Origin: Glycera tridactyla
Taxonomy: Eukaryota
NCBI GenBank assembly: GCA_965644265.1
Contig: OZ286468.1
Location: 76,074,001-76,138,000, forward strand
Length of the DNA: 64,000 nt
Direction: 5' to 3'
In this document: piece after piece, positions 14,865-28,781 of the stretch
Position numbering within the stretch: the first letter of the stretch is position 1
Layout of the letters: each line of letters opens with the position of its first letter
Position numbers and translations under genes: made by a program
Notes under the pieces: model-generated
What the model was told of the DNA's origin: nothing
Database searches by the model: none
Seen by the model: the letters and a program-made list of their open reading frames with translations, nothing else

Positions 14865-16464
14865 AACCCAATCTTTTCAAGGCTTATCGAAAATAAATAT
14901 CGAGCAACAACGAATTCGAATTGGGAATCTTGACTTTCATCAAAGAATCAACCATGAAGATGAAGCCATTCATATTTTCTGAACGATTTTGTTTAATGTT
15001 GATCAGCAATCTGGTCGAGTTCATTGTCGATGGTGACCAATATGTGCTACTGACTGGCTATTGCGTGTATCATGGTTATTTTATGTCTGTATATTTGCTG
15101 TTCTCATGCAGCATAGTAAGCCTCATTCACTGCATGATATACGTGATTAGTTCTCACTGTCTATCACGTGTATCATGGTTATTTTATGTCTGTATATTTG
15201 CTGTTCCCATGCAGCATAGTAAGCCTCATTGATTGCATGATATACGTGATTAATGATCACGTATATTAATCGATCGTAGGATTTTTATTTTCATGTTTTG
15301 ATCATAGCAGTCTGTAGTGGACATCCCAAGTTCCTGCTCTCTCACTAGTTAAAGAAATACCTACATAAAAGAATGAAGTATTGAAATAGACATCCCCCCC
15401 CCACAGTGAGAAAGGTTCAGCAGATGGAATCAATGTTTCAGCAAATGCATAATCACATGAGTTGAGTCGAAAGATTTGACCTTCATTCAATAACCTTTTG
15501 ATCTTAATATTTTCTTCCCTTGACAATTCATAGAAAATCATGAAGCTTTGTAGAATGTGTGTGAATGAATATGCCCTGCTCAATGTAATCATTGTTGATC
15601 ATTTGCTTCACTTTTTGTAGAAATGTGCTGGAAATACGAGTATAGATTTCATGATTCTTCATTCCTCAGGCTCTGATTCTGAGATAATTGGTAATTTGCA
15701 AGAGGACGTACTTAACTTGCAGATCACAAATGAGCCCAATCTTTGTTGCTTGGTGTGTTGACATGCACTGCTTCTCTGAAAAATACAATTTTGAGTGGTT
15801 CTCATCACATACGAAAAATGATTTGTCAAAGATTGATCCATGATGGACATGGAGGTACTGGCTTTTGGAGAATATGCTTGCAGACTCTCTTATGTCATCA
15901 TCGTCAAATCTGTTCTTCGTGAAAGTGCTAAGATTCGAGTGCTGTCATGAACATTTGATTAATATGAGATGAACTTCATGGTATCCTTATCCAACCTCAT
16001 GTGTTAACACAATTCCATCTATCATGCAAATTGAGCAAATGGCCAATTAAAGCAATTCAATCCACTGATCATCTCGTTTTTCTTCTTGGAGGCTTGATCC
16101 TTGTGTCTTCAGCCTCCAATTTCAAAATAATTATTAATTAGGAGGTGGAGAAGCTGTAGTCCATCTTGTATGCGTCAGCTGCGGGAGTTTGATACCTATC
16201 AGCTGATGTGGACTATCCGAAGCCCAAAGATTATTTGCCGGGTGTGTTGACCCTCACTGATTCAATTTGGCGTGACTTTTGTCTGCTGTGTTGATATAGT
16301 GCATGTTAGAAATAAGATCTTGAATATGAGAAGAGTCATGGACCACCACCTTCTATTGGTGATCCAATGGTCATAAATAATACCAGCCATCTCAATATAG
16401 CCCACTGGTGCTGGTGAAATGATGAAACAACCGTCCCCATTCAGATAGTGATTGTGCACGCATG

Positions 16465-16496
<32 letters not shown>

Positions 16497-18472
16497 CACA
16501 CATGCGCATGCATACACCTCCCCTTGCAATCAGATTTGACCCAGGATACAGATCAGAGCAGCTGACCACAGTGCAGGTCAGATTATGTGTAGTAGGGGTA
16601 CACAGATGCACCCTGTTACCATGGAAGCATACACCTCCCTCTCACTCCCCTCCCTGTATCAACACTCACTAGTGAGACTGAGGGATATTTGTGGAATGGC
16701 AGGAGGGTGTTTTGCTTAAGATGCTCAGAATCCTAGCACAGAACGGGAAGGATAGCTAATGCCTTTTCTTGTAGAAATTGATGATGCTGATGCAGTTGCC
16801 ATGCTTTTCCAATGTAGTAGGAGGGTGGGTGGAGCCTGTTTACCCTGGTAGCCTCGTTCTGGGAACGGAATGTGAAATGGAATTTGAGAGTCGTGTATTA
16901 GACATGGATTGATGCATTGAGAATGTTGACATAATGATAGCAACGTCAGAGGGGAGGAATTCTGAGGGCATTTCTCAAACATATAAATTACCAAGATACA
17001 TTCGGAAGATGATTGATCAGATTTGGCTGTATTCCTCCCTCTTGGGAGCCCTGGCTACTGCAACTCTATATAGAATTCGGATTGTGAGTCATTCAAGCTT
17101 CCTGAATGTCATGCCCATCTGCCAACAGTTCCGGGAATCGATATGTCCTTAACGCCCACCTCCTGGAGATGTGTATTCTCCTATCGTGTAATGTGAGACT
17201 CCTCATATCGATGGTGTACTCTGTACCAGGGGACCAAGTAGCAGTTCTTGGTCATAACAACAAAAATCGCCAGTCTTTGAGGATATCCACACAGAGAAGA
17301 CGTGAGTATGTATCATCATCATCATCGTCGTCATCATCGTCGTCGTTGTTGTCGTCGTTGTCGTCGTCACAACTCATATCCAAGGATACACTCGGAATTC
17401 ATGGATTGACTGCAAAGAACAACAATGCATGGACACATATACATGACAATGAGAAAAATCGGTTGGAAAATGGAGAGAGATTGTTGTATATAGTTTTGTA
17501 GAAAAGAGTAGGTAAAGATTTTCGTAAAAGTGAATGAATATGTAGGAATATGCTCCTAATTACTGTCAAGATTGTAGTACCCAGTTGACCATTGGATAGC
17601 GAAACGAGTCAGTGAAAATGTGAATGCAGCACAATTATTGATGATATACACTCATGTTTACACGAAGGGAATTAGTACATGTAAGTTAGACATTGGAAGC
17701 AATTGAGAAATCATTGGGAATTCGATTTCATAACTGATAGTACATGTCAGGTATTCATGCATGCATGCTATTGGAGCCGGGCTTGTTGAAGGATTGTATG
17801 CACGTATTTATGTATATTTCTTTATTTCAATTCGTCGATTACAATTACCGCGTAGTGAGGCGTATCCAGTTTGACGCATTACAGACAAGTACAATTCAAG
17901 AAAATCATGTAAACGAATTAGAAAAATGAAAATGAGTGACATTATGGTTGATACATCATAAACAAACATGAAGATTTCAACTGCCTATATTGATGAACTT
18001 GTATGAGAATGAAAGTATGTCACATAATGGATGATACAAGGTATACAAACATGGAAATGGCAATCGCCTATATGGATGAAACTGCATTATAAACACATTA
18101 TATGGCTGTTATATTTAATAAAAAAAATGAATATAATCAGGAAACTTATCGCTCGTTTCTGACTTCTCATAAGTGTATCAGGAGTTGTTTACGTACTCTA
18201 AATCTTGATGAAGTTTTCCCTGAAGGTTTTATCATCTTTTGGTGAATTCGTTCGATGATCTGGTGGCCGGGTTCCTGAAAGAATGTCCTATCTGTTTGCT
18301 CCATGGTACATTCGTTTCCAAAAATGGTCGATCATTAGATCGTATATGATAGTTGTAACTTGGACTCGGTAATGTACAAAGATGTGTATATTGATCATGT
18401 ATATCATGCAGGAAGATTGAACTCTCTTATTCTAATATCCAGGCACGGACTCGAGAAATATCGGCAATCTAC

Positions 18473-21400
18473 ATGATGGCAACAAAATGCCAGTGCATGG
18501 CTCTAGTATTTATCACCGTTGCACAAATTGGACTGACTTCAAATCAAGCTGAAGTGACCTCATCCCTGGATCAACGCGTGACTCAACTGGAAGAACAATC
18601 TGCATGTCTCCAGGGCCTGGTAGAGCAACTGATACATGCAGCCCGAGTTCAGAATCGCCCTCAAGGTAGGAAATAGAGGATAATTATAGGCCAACTGCTT
18701 ACACAGACATGCAGCTCAGTCAGAAATATACCGACATATTACAAGAAATAGGGAAGAGTAGATTACAGCATGTCACTGCATGAGGGAACAAGCGAGCGTG
18801 AAGTAGTATTGGGAAGGAAAACAGGGGATGTGCCCCATACCATCTTCTCATCCAGATAAAGTCTGTCAAGCTTAATCGTGGCACGTACGTTTTTCGCCCT
18901 AGCATCGCGAATTTGCATCAAATTGAAATGAAACTTGCAGACAGACATTGTGGACATCATCAACGACGATTAGCAATGTGATCACGCCGAGTTTTCCTTG
19001 TATATTTTACCTTACAGCGCAAAATATGACGATTTCACGCTGGTTTCGCGGCAGGTGCGGCGGCCGTATCTACGTTGTAAACATAGGGAAGACCGGGCGA
19101 TAATGCCTGTGGATTCGCCGAATAAATGCAATGAAATGATGGCGTAATCCTCTCCAAAAGTCCCTGACACCTGATTCGATGATTGTCGGAAGACCACCTC
19201 AATACATCCGTGCCATTAAAACTGAAATCAGGCAGGAAGTGGCGATGTTAGCGTCTGAAACGTACCCGCCAAATTTGGATTTGACAGACTTTAGCTGCAA
19301 AAGCATCAGGTCAGGAATGTGATCTGTGAGTGAAGCATAACAAGTCCAACTTATTTTACTATGGCATCCTGCCCCCATTTTTACGCCATATTTTGGTAAT
19401 GAGTTCATACTAATTGCCCGATAATCATGCTATCTGTAGATGAGAGTGCTATCAGAAGCTAATTGCATTTATCTTTTCACATGCCATTTGTTCATTTTTA
19501 TTTGCGTTCGGCGTATAAAAAAATTACAAAAAAATATTGGATCCGAGTAAATATGATTTGCATATCTGCATATGGGCATCTGCACGATCACCGTAGGGAA
19601 TACCAAAATTCCAGTGGAAGACCAATACTCGGGAGCAAAAGATCTGCACTCTTTTCAATGTCATATTCATTTGACACTCAGTGTGGGATGAAGCCACTCT
19701 CTTGGGGTTATCTTGATTCTCCATACATTAGTATTAGCTTTTGCAACAATTCATTCCTGTGACAAGATGGATGCAGGAGTAAGGAATGTTGAAACGCCCA
19801 GTATCAGGTTCACTATAGATATTAAGGGATATGGACTGCACCTATCATCTGCGCTTCCTGGCAGCCCCTGCTATGAGAGCCTCTGGTTTGGCCCTGGCAA
19901 CAAGGGCTTATAGTTGGAACTGAGCGGCGAGCATATATAGTTTGCCCCTCCAATGAGAGCGCATAGTCAAGTCCCTGAAACAATAACATATAGATTTGTC
20001 ATTGCAATAAAAGCAACATGAACATATATTTCCACCCCACATCAAGAACACATAGTTCCGTCCCGACAACAAGACATAAAGTTCAGTCCCCGCAACAAGA
20101 ACATATAGTGCAGTGGCTGCAACAAGAACATATGGTTCTGTCCCCACATCATGAACATATAGCGCAGTACCTGCAAAAATCACATATAGTCCAATCCCTA
20201 GAACAATAGCATGAAGTGCAGTCCCTGCAACAAGAACATAAAGTTCAGTCCCTGCAACAGGAATGTATAGTTCAGTCCCTGCAAAAATGACATGAAGCTC
20301 AGTCCCCACAACAAAAACATATTTTACAGTCCCTGCAACAAGATCCCATGGTTCAGCCCCTGCAACGAGAATATAGGGTTCTGCCTCTGCACTAAGAGTT
20401 CATCGCTCAGTCTCTGCGACAAGAACATATTGTTCAGTCCCTGCAATACAGACACATGGTTCTGCCTGCACAAAAAGCGCATATGTTTCAGTCCCTTCAT
20501 CAAGATTATATATCTCAGTCCCTGCAACAGGAATATGTAGTTTAGTCCCTGCAATAGGAACATATAGTTTCGTCTCTGAAACAAGAACAACCATATCCAT
20601 TCAAATGAATGAACCTTTAATTGGTATATCTTGCTTCACAAATAAGGCTCAGAATCTCAGCTTACTTGATAGAGACTCTATTTGAGACCCATGTTTGCAG
20701 ATTGTCGCGATGTTTATAACCAAGGTGGAGAACAGGATGGAGTCTACATGATCTGGCCTGAGGAAGCAGATTATAGTCATCCTATCACAGTCTTCTGTCA
20801 TTTCGACTCCAATGGCCAGTGGATTATACTCCAAAATAGGATCAATGGTGATGTGGACTTTGCAAAATCCTGGGCAGAATATCGAGATGGATTCGGCAAA
20901 ATGGGCCTTTCTTCAGATTTCTGGTTAGTAAATCTGACTTGTCATCACTCATAAATTATCAAGTATATTGAGATGTAGTTGTGTACATTAAGATATTGGG
21001 CCTTGGTGTGAGACCAAAAGATAGTTGTTATCGATAGTAATGGCTGTGGTGGTGGTGGTGGTGGTGGTGGTGGTGGTGGTGGTGGTGGTGGTAGTGGTGG
21101 TGGTGGTGATGGTCATCGCAGATGTACTGATGGGAATGGCAATGGCAGTGATGGCAGTGGAGGTGATGGTGATGATAGTGGTGGAGGCAGTGGTAGTGTT
21201 GATTGTAATCGTGGTCCTAGTGCAACTGCTGATGTTCAAGATGCATGGATGTTTGTTTATGATCTAACATCACGTATGTGTCATATGTGCTATATCATGA
21301 CACCCATGCAATGGTCATGGATGAGATCATTCAAGACTCCTCCTTCTGGGTGCCTACTGGAATGTAAAAATTGTGGAACTCATCGACCCTCAAAGTGTAA

Positions 21401-21917
21401 TATCTGGTGATATTGATAGTTATAACAGTTCTTGCACAGTTTTTGCACCAACTCCTGCTTTGAAAGAGGCATATGCTGATTGAGATATTCAACATTTGGA
21501 TTTTTCAGGCTTGGCTTGGAGAATATGCATCGCATCACCAGACAGCGGCAGTACACACTCCATATTGATCTTGTATCATGGGATGGCACCCAGGCCTATG
21601 CAGAGTATTCCATCTTCTACATCGGTGATGAAGCAGCAAAATATGCCATCTTCTACGAAGGCTTCAGTGGCAATGCCAGCGATGAGATGGGAACAGTTCA
21701 TCGAAATATGAAGTTCTCAACCAGTGATCAAGATAATGATTTTTATGGATATGGAAACTGCGCAATCGAACATGGTCCCTGGTGGTTGAATCATTGTGAT
21801 TCCGCCAATTTGAATGGTCCTTTTGGTAGGATGTCGGGCGACATTGGATTTGAATGGGGTACCTTGACTCCCATAAAAGAATCAACGATGAAGATAAAGC
21901 CAACCATATTCCTCTAA
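18473..21917 (+). CDS. FReD protein, copy 3 (diverged paralog). Exons 18473-18665, 20701-20923, 21509-21917
   Basis: Splice sites are conserved and the frame is open. About 13 amino-acid differences from copies 1/2. Confidence 0.88.
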
Positions 21918-24870
21918 AACCCAATCTATTCAAGGCTTATCAGTAATGAATATTGAGCGATGATGGATTTGAATAGGGGACCTTGACTCCCATCAAAGAA
22001 TCAACGATGAAGATGAAGCCAACCATATTCCAATAAAACCCAATCTATTCAAGGCTTATCAGTAATGAATATCGAGCGACAATGGATTTGACTGAGGGAT
22101 CTTTGACTCCCATCAAATAATCAACAATGAAGATGAAGCCAATCATATTTTCTGAACGATTTTGATTTTTGGATCAGCAATCTGGTCGAGTTCATTGATG
22201 ATGGTGACCAATGCATGCTACTGACTGTCTATTGCGTGTATCATGGTTATTTTATGTCTGTTTATTTGCTGCTCTCATGCAGTATAGTAAGCCTCATTCA
22301 TTGCATGATATACGCGATTAGTAATCATATATATTAATCGATCGTAGGATCTCTTTTTTCATGTTTTGATCAGAGCAGTCTGTGGTGGACACTCCAAGGT
22401 TCTGTTCTGTCACTGATGAAGGAAATACCGACATAAAAGAATGAAGTATTGAAATAGACATAAACACCCCACAGTGAGAAAGGTTCAGCAGATGGAATCA
22501 ATGTTTCAGCAAATGCATAATCAAATGAGTACTGAAAGTTTGACTTCCATTCAATATCCTTTTGATCTTAATATTTTCTTCCCTTGACAATTCATAGAAA
22601 ATCATGAAGCTTTGTAGAATGTGTGTGAATGAATATGTCCTGCTCAATGTAAACACTGTTGATCGTTCACTTCACTGTTTGTAGAAATGTTCAGCAGATG
22701 GAATCAATGTTTCAGCAAATGCATAATCAAATGAGTACTGAAAGTTTGACTTCCATTCAATATCCTTTTGATCTTAATATTTTCTTCCCTTGACAATTCA
22801 TAGAAAATCATGAAGCTTTGTAGAATGTGTGTGAATGAATATGTCCTGCTCAATGTAAACACTGTTGATCGTTCACTTCACTGTTTGTAGAAATGTGCTG
22901 GAAATACGAGTATGAATTTCATGATTCATCATTCTTCAGGCTCTGATTCTGGGATAATTGATAATTGGCGAGAGGAGGTACTCAACCTGCAGATTACAGA
23001 TGAGCCCATTTTTTGTTGCTTGATGTGTTGACATCCACTGCTTCTCTGAATGATACAATTTTGAGTGGTTCTCATCACATACGAAAATTGATTTGTCAAT
23101 GATTGATCAATGATGGACATGGAGGTACTGGTTATTGGAGAATTTGCTTGCAAATTCTCTCATGTCTTCATCATCAAATTTGTTCTTTGTGAAAGTGTTA
23201 CCATGTGAGTGCTGTCATGAACATTTGATTATTGTGAGATGAACTTCCTTGTATCCTTATCCAACCTGATTTGTTAAAACAATTCCATCTATCATGCAAA
23301 TTGAGCAAATGGGCAATTAAAGCAATTCAATCCACTGTTCATCTCGTTTTTGGTGCTGATTACCAAGCAATGCAGCTTTCCAAATAGTGTCATTTCTCTA
23401 GCAAAATAGTTCCTTCGTATTTGGCAGGGTGCCGAGCAGAATATGACTCATTCTACTTAATCACCTCACATCTGTCTTGGTGGAAGTAGTGCTCGCGACG
23501 TGAGCCTATCAAGCTGTACGACATTTACTATGCTCATTCATTCATAATTCTTAAATTTATCGCCTATTGATGCCGCTTATAGGTTACTATTTTTTTGCAT
23601 GTGGCTGAATGCTCCCACCATACTTTTGAAAATTGTGATTCTGCAAATTCTCCATGGTGCGCCTTGGCGCTCTTGTTCACAGAGTAATTGATCAGAAAGT
23701 CCTTGAAATTGTGTTGATCTACCTCATCCGTAGTATGGAATGCCATATGTCCAACACCTTGTTTGCAGATGGTTTCGTGAGTAGATGCAAGTATTGACCA
23801 TGTGATTGATACCTGTATATCCATACACACCAGGCACATATTGAAATCACCCGATCTGACCAAAACAATGTTGATGAAATCGTCCATGTTTCCCCCCACA
23901 ATACTCGTTTATCTGATGAGGACACTACTTATACCCCTAGTTATGACACGAATGTCACAGTCAATGTTTCTGACAATATTTCACCGCCTGATATGAGGAA
24001 CTTTTCGGGAGTTGGAAACTTTAGGCGGAAGGACTGATGGCACATCCTTAGTACCCAATCAGAGACCGCTATCACTTATAGCAACACGGAATAATCAACT
24101 CAACAACAACAGCTCTGCACTCATGACCTCATGTAATCATGTTATATGAGAGAGGTTTAGAGGCACCGGGTAAGAGTGAAGCCCAAATCTTGAAAGATCA
24201 CACTTGAGAGTACATTTGCAGTTTTGCTTACAGTGATCGTTTTGTGGTGACGAATTTATCATTGATTCCTCCATCCAGTGAACAGGTGTCAATAACGGAG
24301 AAAAGCTTGACATTCTGAACCACCTGCGTGAGATTTAAATGGGAGAATTCGAATTGACTTGGAGGAATTCCATTTTAGAATGAAGAGACATATGTTTTAA
24401 CAAAGTCCATATTCCAGCGACAATTGACACAGGCACCACAGCCACAATCACCGACGCAAACACACTAACTGACAGTCTGAATTTAGCTGAACGAGACCTG
24501 TGACAGATCAAACCCATATTCTGTCATATCACCAGCAGTGATGGCCCCTTTGAATCCGATGAATTCAAAGAGCTGTCCACTTTCGGAAGATCCGGCATAA
24601 AAGCCCTGTGTTCCAATATCGATATTGCCATCAAAAAGGCTGATGAAGTGTCAAGGATAGCCATTTAAAATGTTAACGATCACCTTGCTGAAGGCAGGAT
24701 CAGCTTTCAGATGAAGTATGGTATAAGGATACGGATGAGAATCTCACAGATACACACAGGAAGAGTATCCATTCATTTCTTCGTGAGATATTGTCAAGAT
24801 ATGAAATCTCGCATAACGAAAAAAGAGATATGTGAATCACCCTTTATCCTTCCATAAAATTCACATAATT

Positions 24871-25165
24871 NNNNNNNNNNNNNNNNNNNNNNNNNNNNNN
24901 NNNNNNNNNNNNNNNNNNNNNNNNNNNNNNNNNNNNNNNNNNNNNNNNNNNNNNNNNNNNNNNNNNNNNNNNNNNNNNNNNNNNNNNNNNNNNNNNNNNN
25001 NNNNNNNNNNNNNNNNNNNNNNNNNNNNNNNNNNNNNNNNNNNNNNNNNNNNNNNNNNNNNNNNNNNNNNNNNNNNNNNNNNNNNNNNNNNNNNNNNNNN
25101 NNNNNNNNNNNNNNNNNNNNNNNNNNNNNNNNNNNNNNNNNNNNNNNNNNNNNNNNNNNNNNNNN
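24871..25165. other. Assembly gap (run of N)
   Basis: 295 consecutive N. Confidence 1.
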
Positions 25166-26536
25166 TCGGTTTGTTTCTTTCTCTGCAGTATGCCAGTCAC
25201 ATGGAGGGCAGGATAGGATGAGGAAGAGAGAGTTTATGTCCTCTGGATGGACAATTTTATCAGTACGAAACACAATCAACCTGTCTCACAGTAATTGATG
25301 ACCTTCATTCATACTCACTACTTTTTTGTGAAAATGTACAAGTCAGGTTATTCATCTTCACTTTACAGGAAATCATCCTCCAGGAAAAAGAAACCCTGTA
25401 AGCATCAGAATATCCTCAATTGCATATTCCTTTATGATTGGGTACATCTCAATGAGTCACTTGTTGGCCCCATTTTTGATGATTGGTCTTCCCAGGACTG
25501 GACCACGAAAAGGCAAGAGAGCCATGCGCGAGATGAGGGTGTTGAATATTTTGAATTGTATGTATTATGCTCGATCACATGTGTATACCTGACATGTCTA
25601 AAATGAAATATTCAAGGTTGTAGATGGACACTGTGGATTCCAACCTCAAATTTCCGATCTTGCAAATAAAGCTTATATCGAAATCATGTTGAGGGGTGCA
25701 ATCTTTTAACAAATTAGATAGTTCGGAAATTGTGTGAAATGAGAAAGTCTTCCGGCATGCCAACCAAACCGGGTGCTCTCGCACTCATGCCCACGTCCAT
25801 TTGGAATGATATGCCTTTAGCTTATTCAAGCCCGTCCTCAACTTCACTTTGATTTATGATCTTCCACGGACATACACCAGTTTCTCTTGCACCAAATAGG
25901 ACTTTCTTTATGTCTGTATGAAGCGACAGCCAACACTCTCAAGCCTGCCACTCAAGTGCTCCAGCACTTATGCTGAGGTGCACTGAAACCTGTGGGTTTT
26001 GATTCAAAGGGTGTGAGATGAGAACGTCATCATGAAGTGAACAGTAAACTATTTCACGGGTCTCAAAAGTGAGAATGTCAAGTTCACCTGTGATAAAACT
26101 GGATCCCTGTGCTGGTATATAAAACAACGGTTGAGACGAAGCTTATACAGGAGATTGGTTGGTTGGTTAGTTCTGGTTTAACGTCTGGGCTATATTGTGA
26201 CGCCCATGCAATGGGCATGGGTAGGATCTTCCAGGACCCCTCCTTCTGGGTCCCAAACGGAAGGTGAAAATTTATGAAATTCACAGACACTCAAGGTGCC
26301 ATTTATCTTTGCGAATTGTCACCATTCATGATGTATGATTGTAGTATATATCACATTTGCTGGAATCTTATCCTGTTGTTTCGCCAAGGAATTCGGTGTA
26401 TGGCATCAAAATACTGTCGAAGATAGATGCTAAATCGCTGTATCGCATGATCACAGATGCGTTGACTGGTGCTCCCACAATCTTCTTTGGTTCATCAAAG
26501 TGAACTTAACTGCAATGAATATCATACCAATACCGA

Positions 26537-26600
<64 letters not shown>

Positions 26601-26624
26601 CGCTCTCTCTCTCTCTCTCTCTCT

Positions 26625-27425
26625 GGGCTGAACAGAGTAGAATCTTTCAAATCCCTAGGATCAATTGTTGACACAACCCTGACTTTTAGTCTTCACATCG
26701 ATGATTTTATTATTGAATTGTTATTCAATATTATTATCATGATCTTTATTATTATCTCCAATGTATTGACATTACTATCATCATCAATATCTATGATATA
26801 ATGTTGACCAGAGATGCAAACAAATTTAAACTATATGTTAATAATGTGCTTCGGGTTGCCCTCTGTCGTGGAGGCTTAACAACCACGACAGAATTACTTC
26901 TGACTTCTAAATATCAGATTCGATGATGAAAAGATTGCACAAGTTTCTGTCTATGGATATCTGGGTGTACAACTAGACCCCCACCTATAGGCTTTAAGAA
27001 TCATACGGAATATATCATCAGAAAGGTTAATCTCAAGAGGCGCGCACTCTCTTATCTACATCCGGCAATAAGTCAAGAAACTGCTTTATTTATTTTTCGC
27101 AGTGATATAAACTCATTATTGATTATGTATACGACGGCTGTAGTAAGTCATTAAGTGACCAGCTTGAAGTGACTCAAAATCGCTGTCCAAGCACAATCAC
27201 TCAACAAGGCTGAACTTACTCAGCTACTGACCACAGTCATATAAACCCATTGTTCTCATACATAGATTATGTATATGATGGCTGTGGTAAGCCATTTAGT
27301 GACCAGCTTGAAGTGACTCAAAATAGCTGTCTAAGCACAATCACTCAACAAGGCTGGACTTACTCAGCTACTGACCACAGTCATATAAACCCATTGTTCT
27401 CATACATAGATTATATATATGACGG
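26625..27425 (+). pseudogene. CR1/L2-like LINE reverse-transcriptase C-terminal remnants
   Basis: Translations LNRVESFKSLGSIVDTTLTFSLHID (~26630-26700) and DEKIAQVSVYGYLGVQLDPHL/FKNHTEYIIRKVN...IDY..DQLEVTQNRC (~26920-27200) match the typical V..FKYLG..LD..L.F..HI..I..K segment. Frameshifted. Confidence 0.7.
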
Positions 27426-27433
27426 CAGTAGTA
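27121..27433. repeat. 144-bp tandem duplication (2.2 units) inside the LINE remnant
   Basis: GATTAT(G/A)TATA(C/T)GA(C/T)GGC recurs at 27121, 27265 and 27409. Confidence 0.9.
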
Positions 27434-27739
27434 GATTACCATACTATAAGGGCAGCATCTTTTTTTGTATAGGCTCCCAATAGCAATTAGGTCAAGTTCT
27501 AACTGTGTCATGTCAGGTACAAATCTTATACCAACCTTATAAGGGCATCAAACTGCCACAGCGGGCATCGGTGGAACTAACACACAGTAGAGAAGCAGAG
27601 TACAAGGCATGCATTCCATCGAACATGTGGTCGTGATAAGGATTGGACTCGATGTTTCTGGATTATGGCAGGCGACGGAATGCGAGACAATAATGTACAG
27701 AGTTTGATTGCATATTAACTGATCCAGGCCCACACTTAT

Positions 27740-28745
27740 AGACATGTTGTTCAGGATGCCCATGCCTGCAGCATGGGTGAGATTGAAGCATGCATCCAGC
27801 ATGGGATGAGATGCTATCATAGTGAGACGCCATTTGTTGATGCCCATACCGTATGCACTGGGATGTCATAAATTAGTAAACCCATGCATCCAGCATTGGC
27901 GAAGTTGAGTTGTGTGTAACGGAATAAGATGCTATGTATGAACCTCATGCTAAATGGAACCGGATACATATGTATAAATATGTTGTTCAGGATGCCCATG
28001 CCCCCAGCATGGGTGAGATTGAACCTGTGTTAAGGATGCTTATGCATTCAGCATGGAATGAGATGCTATTATAGTGAGACGCCATTTGTTGACGCCCATG
28101 CCGTATGCACGGGGATGTCATAAATTGGTAAACCCATGCATCCAGCATGGGCGAAGTTGAGTTGTGTGTAACGGAATAAGATGCTATGTATGAACCTAGT
28201 GCTAAATGGAACCGGATACATATGTATAGATATATTGTTCAGGATGCCCATGCCCCCAGCATGGGTGAGATTGAACCTGTGTTAAGGATACCTATGCATT
28301 CAGCATGGAATGAGATGCTATTATAGTGAGACGCCATCTGTTGACGCCCATGCCATATGCACGGGGATGTTATAAATTAGTAAACCCATGCATCCAGCAT
28401 GGGGGAAGTTGAGTTGTGTGTAACGGAATAAGATGCTATGCATGAACCTCGTGCTAAATGGAACCGGATACATATGTATAGATATATTGTTCAGGATGCC
28501 CATGCCCCCAGCTTGGGTGAGATTGAACCTGTGTTAAGGATACCTATGCATCCAGCATGGAATGAGATGCTATTATAGTGAGACGCCATCTACAGATGCC
28601 CATGCCATATGCACGGGGTTATCATAAATAAATATACCCATGCATCCGGCATGGGCAAAGTTGAGTTGTGTGTAATGGAATAAGATGCTATGTATAACCT
28701 TGTGCTGAATGGAACCGGATATTCAGTATGCCCATGCACCCAGCA
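27740..28745. repeat. 252-bp tandem repeat array (~4 units)
   Basis: Near-identical ORF-track entries at 27817, 28069 and 28321 (period 252). Confidence 0.92.
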
Positions 28746-28781
28746 TGATTGATGCTGTGTCATGTTAGAAGTTTTATACTT

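Larger units (their letters stand above)
1..23349. repeat. Tandem segmental duplication: ~8.1-kb unit x3 (1-8103, 8104-16198, 16199-~23349)
   Basis: TCAGCTGATGTGGACTATCC recurs at 1, 8104 and 16199, and the ORF track repeats with offsets of ~8103 and ~16198. Copies 1 and 2 differ at only a handful of sites. Copy 3 diverges after ~18640, lacks ~0.9 kb of intron 2, and stops matching at ~23349. Confidence 0.97.

Noticed and set aside
25780-26160. Possible eroded ORF right of the gap
   Set aside because: Several stops and no recognisable motif; cannot be supported.
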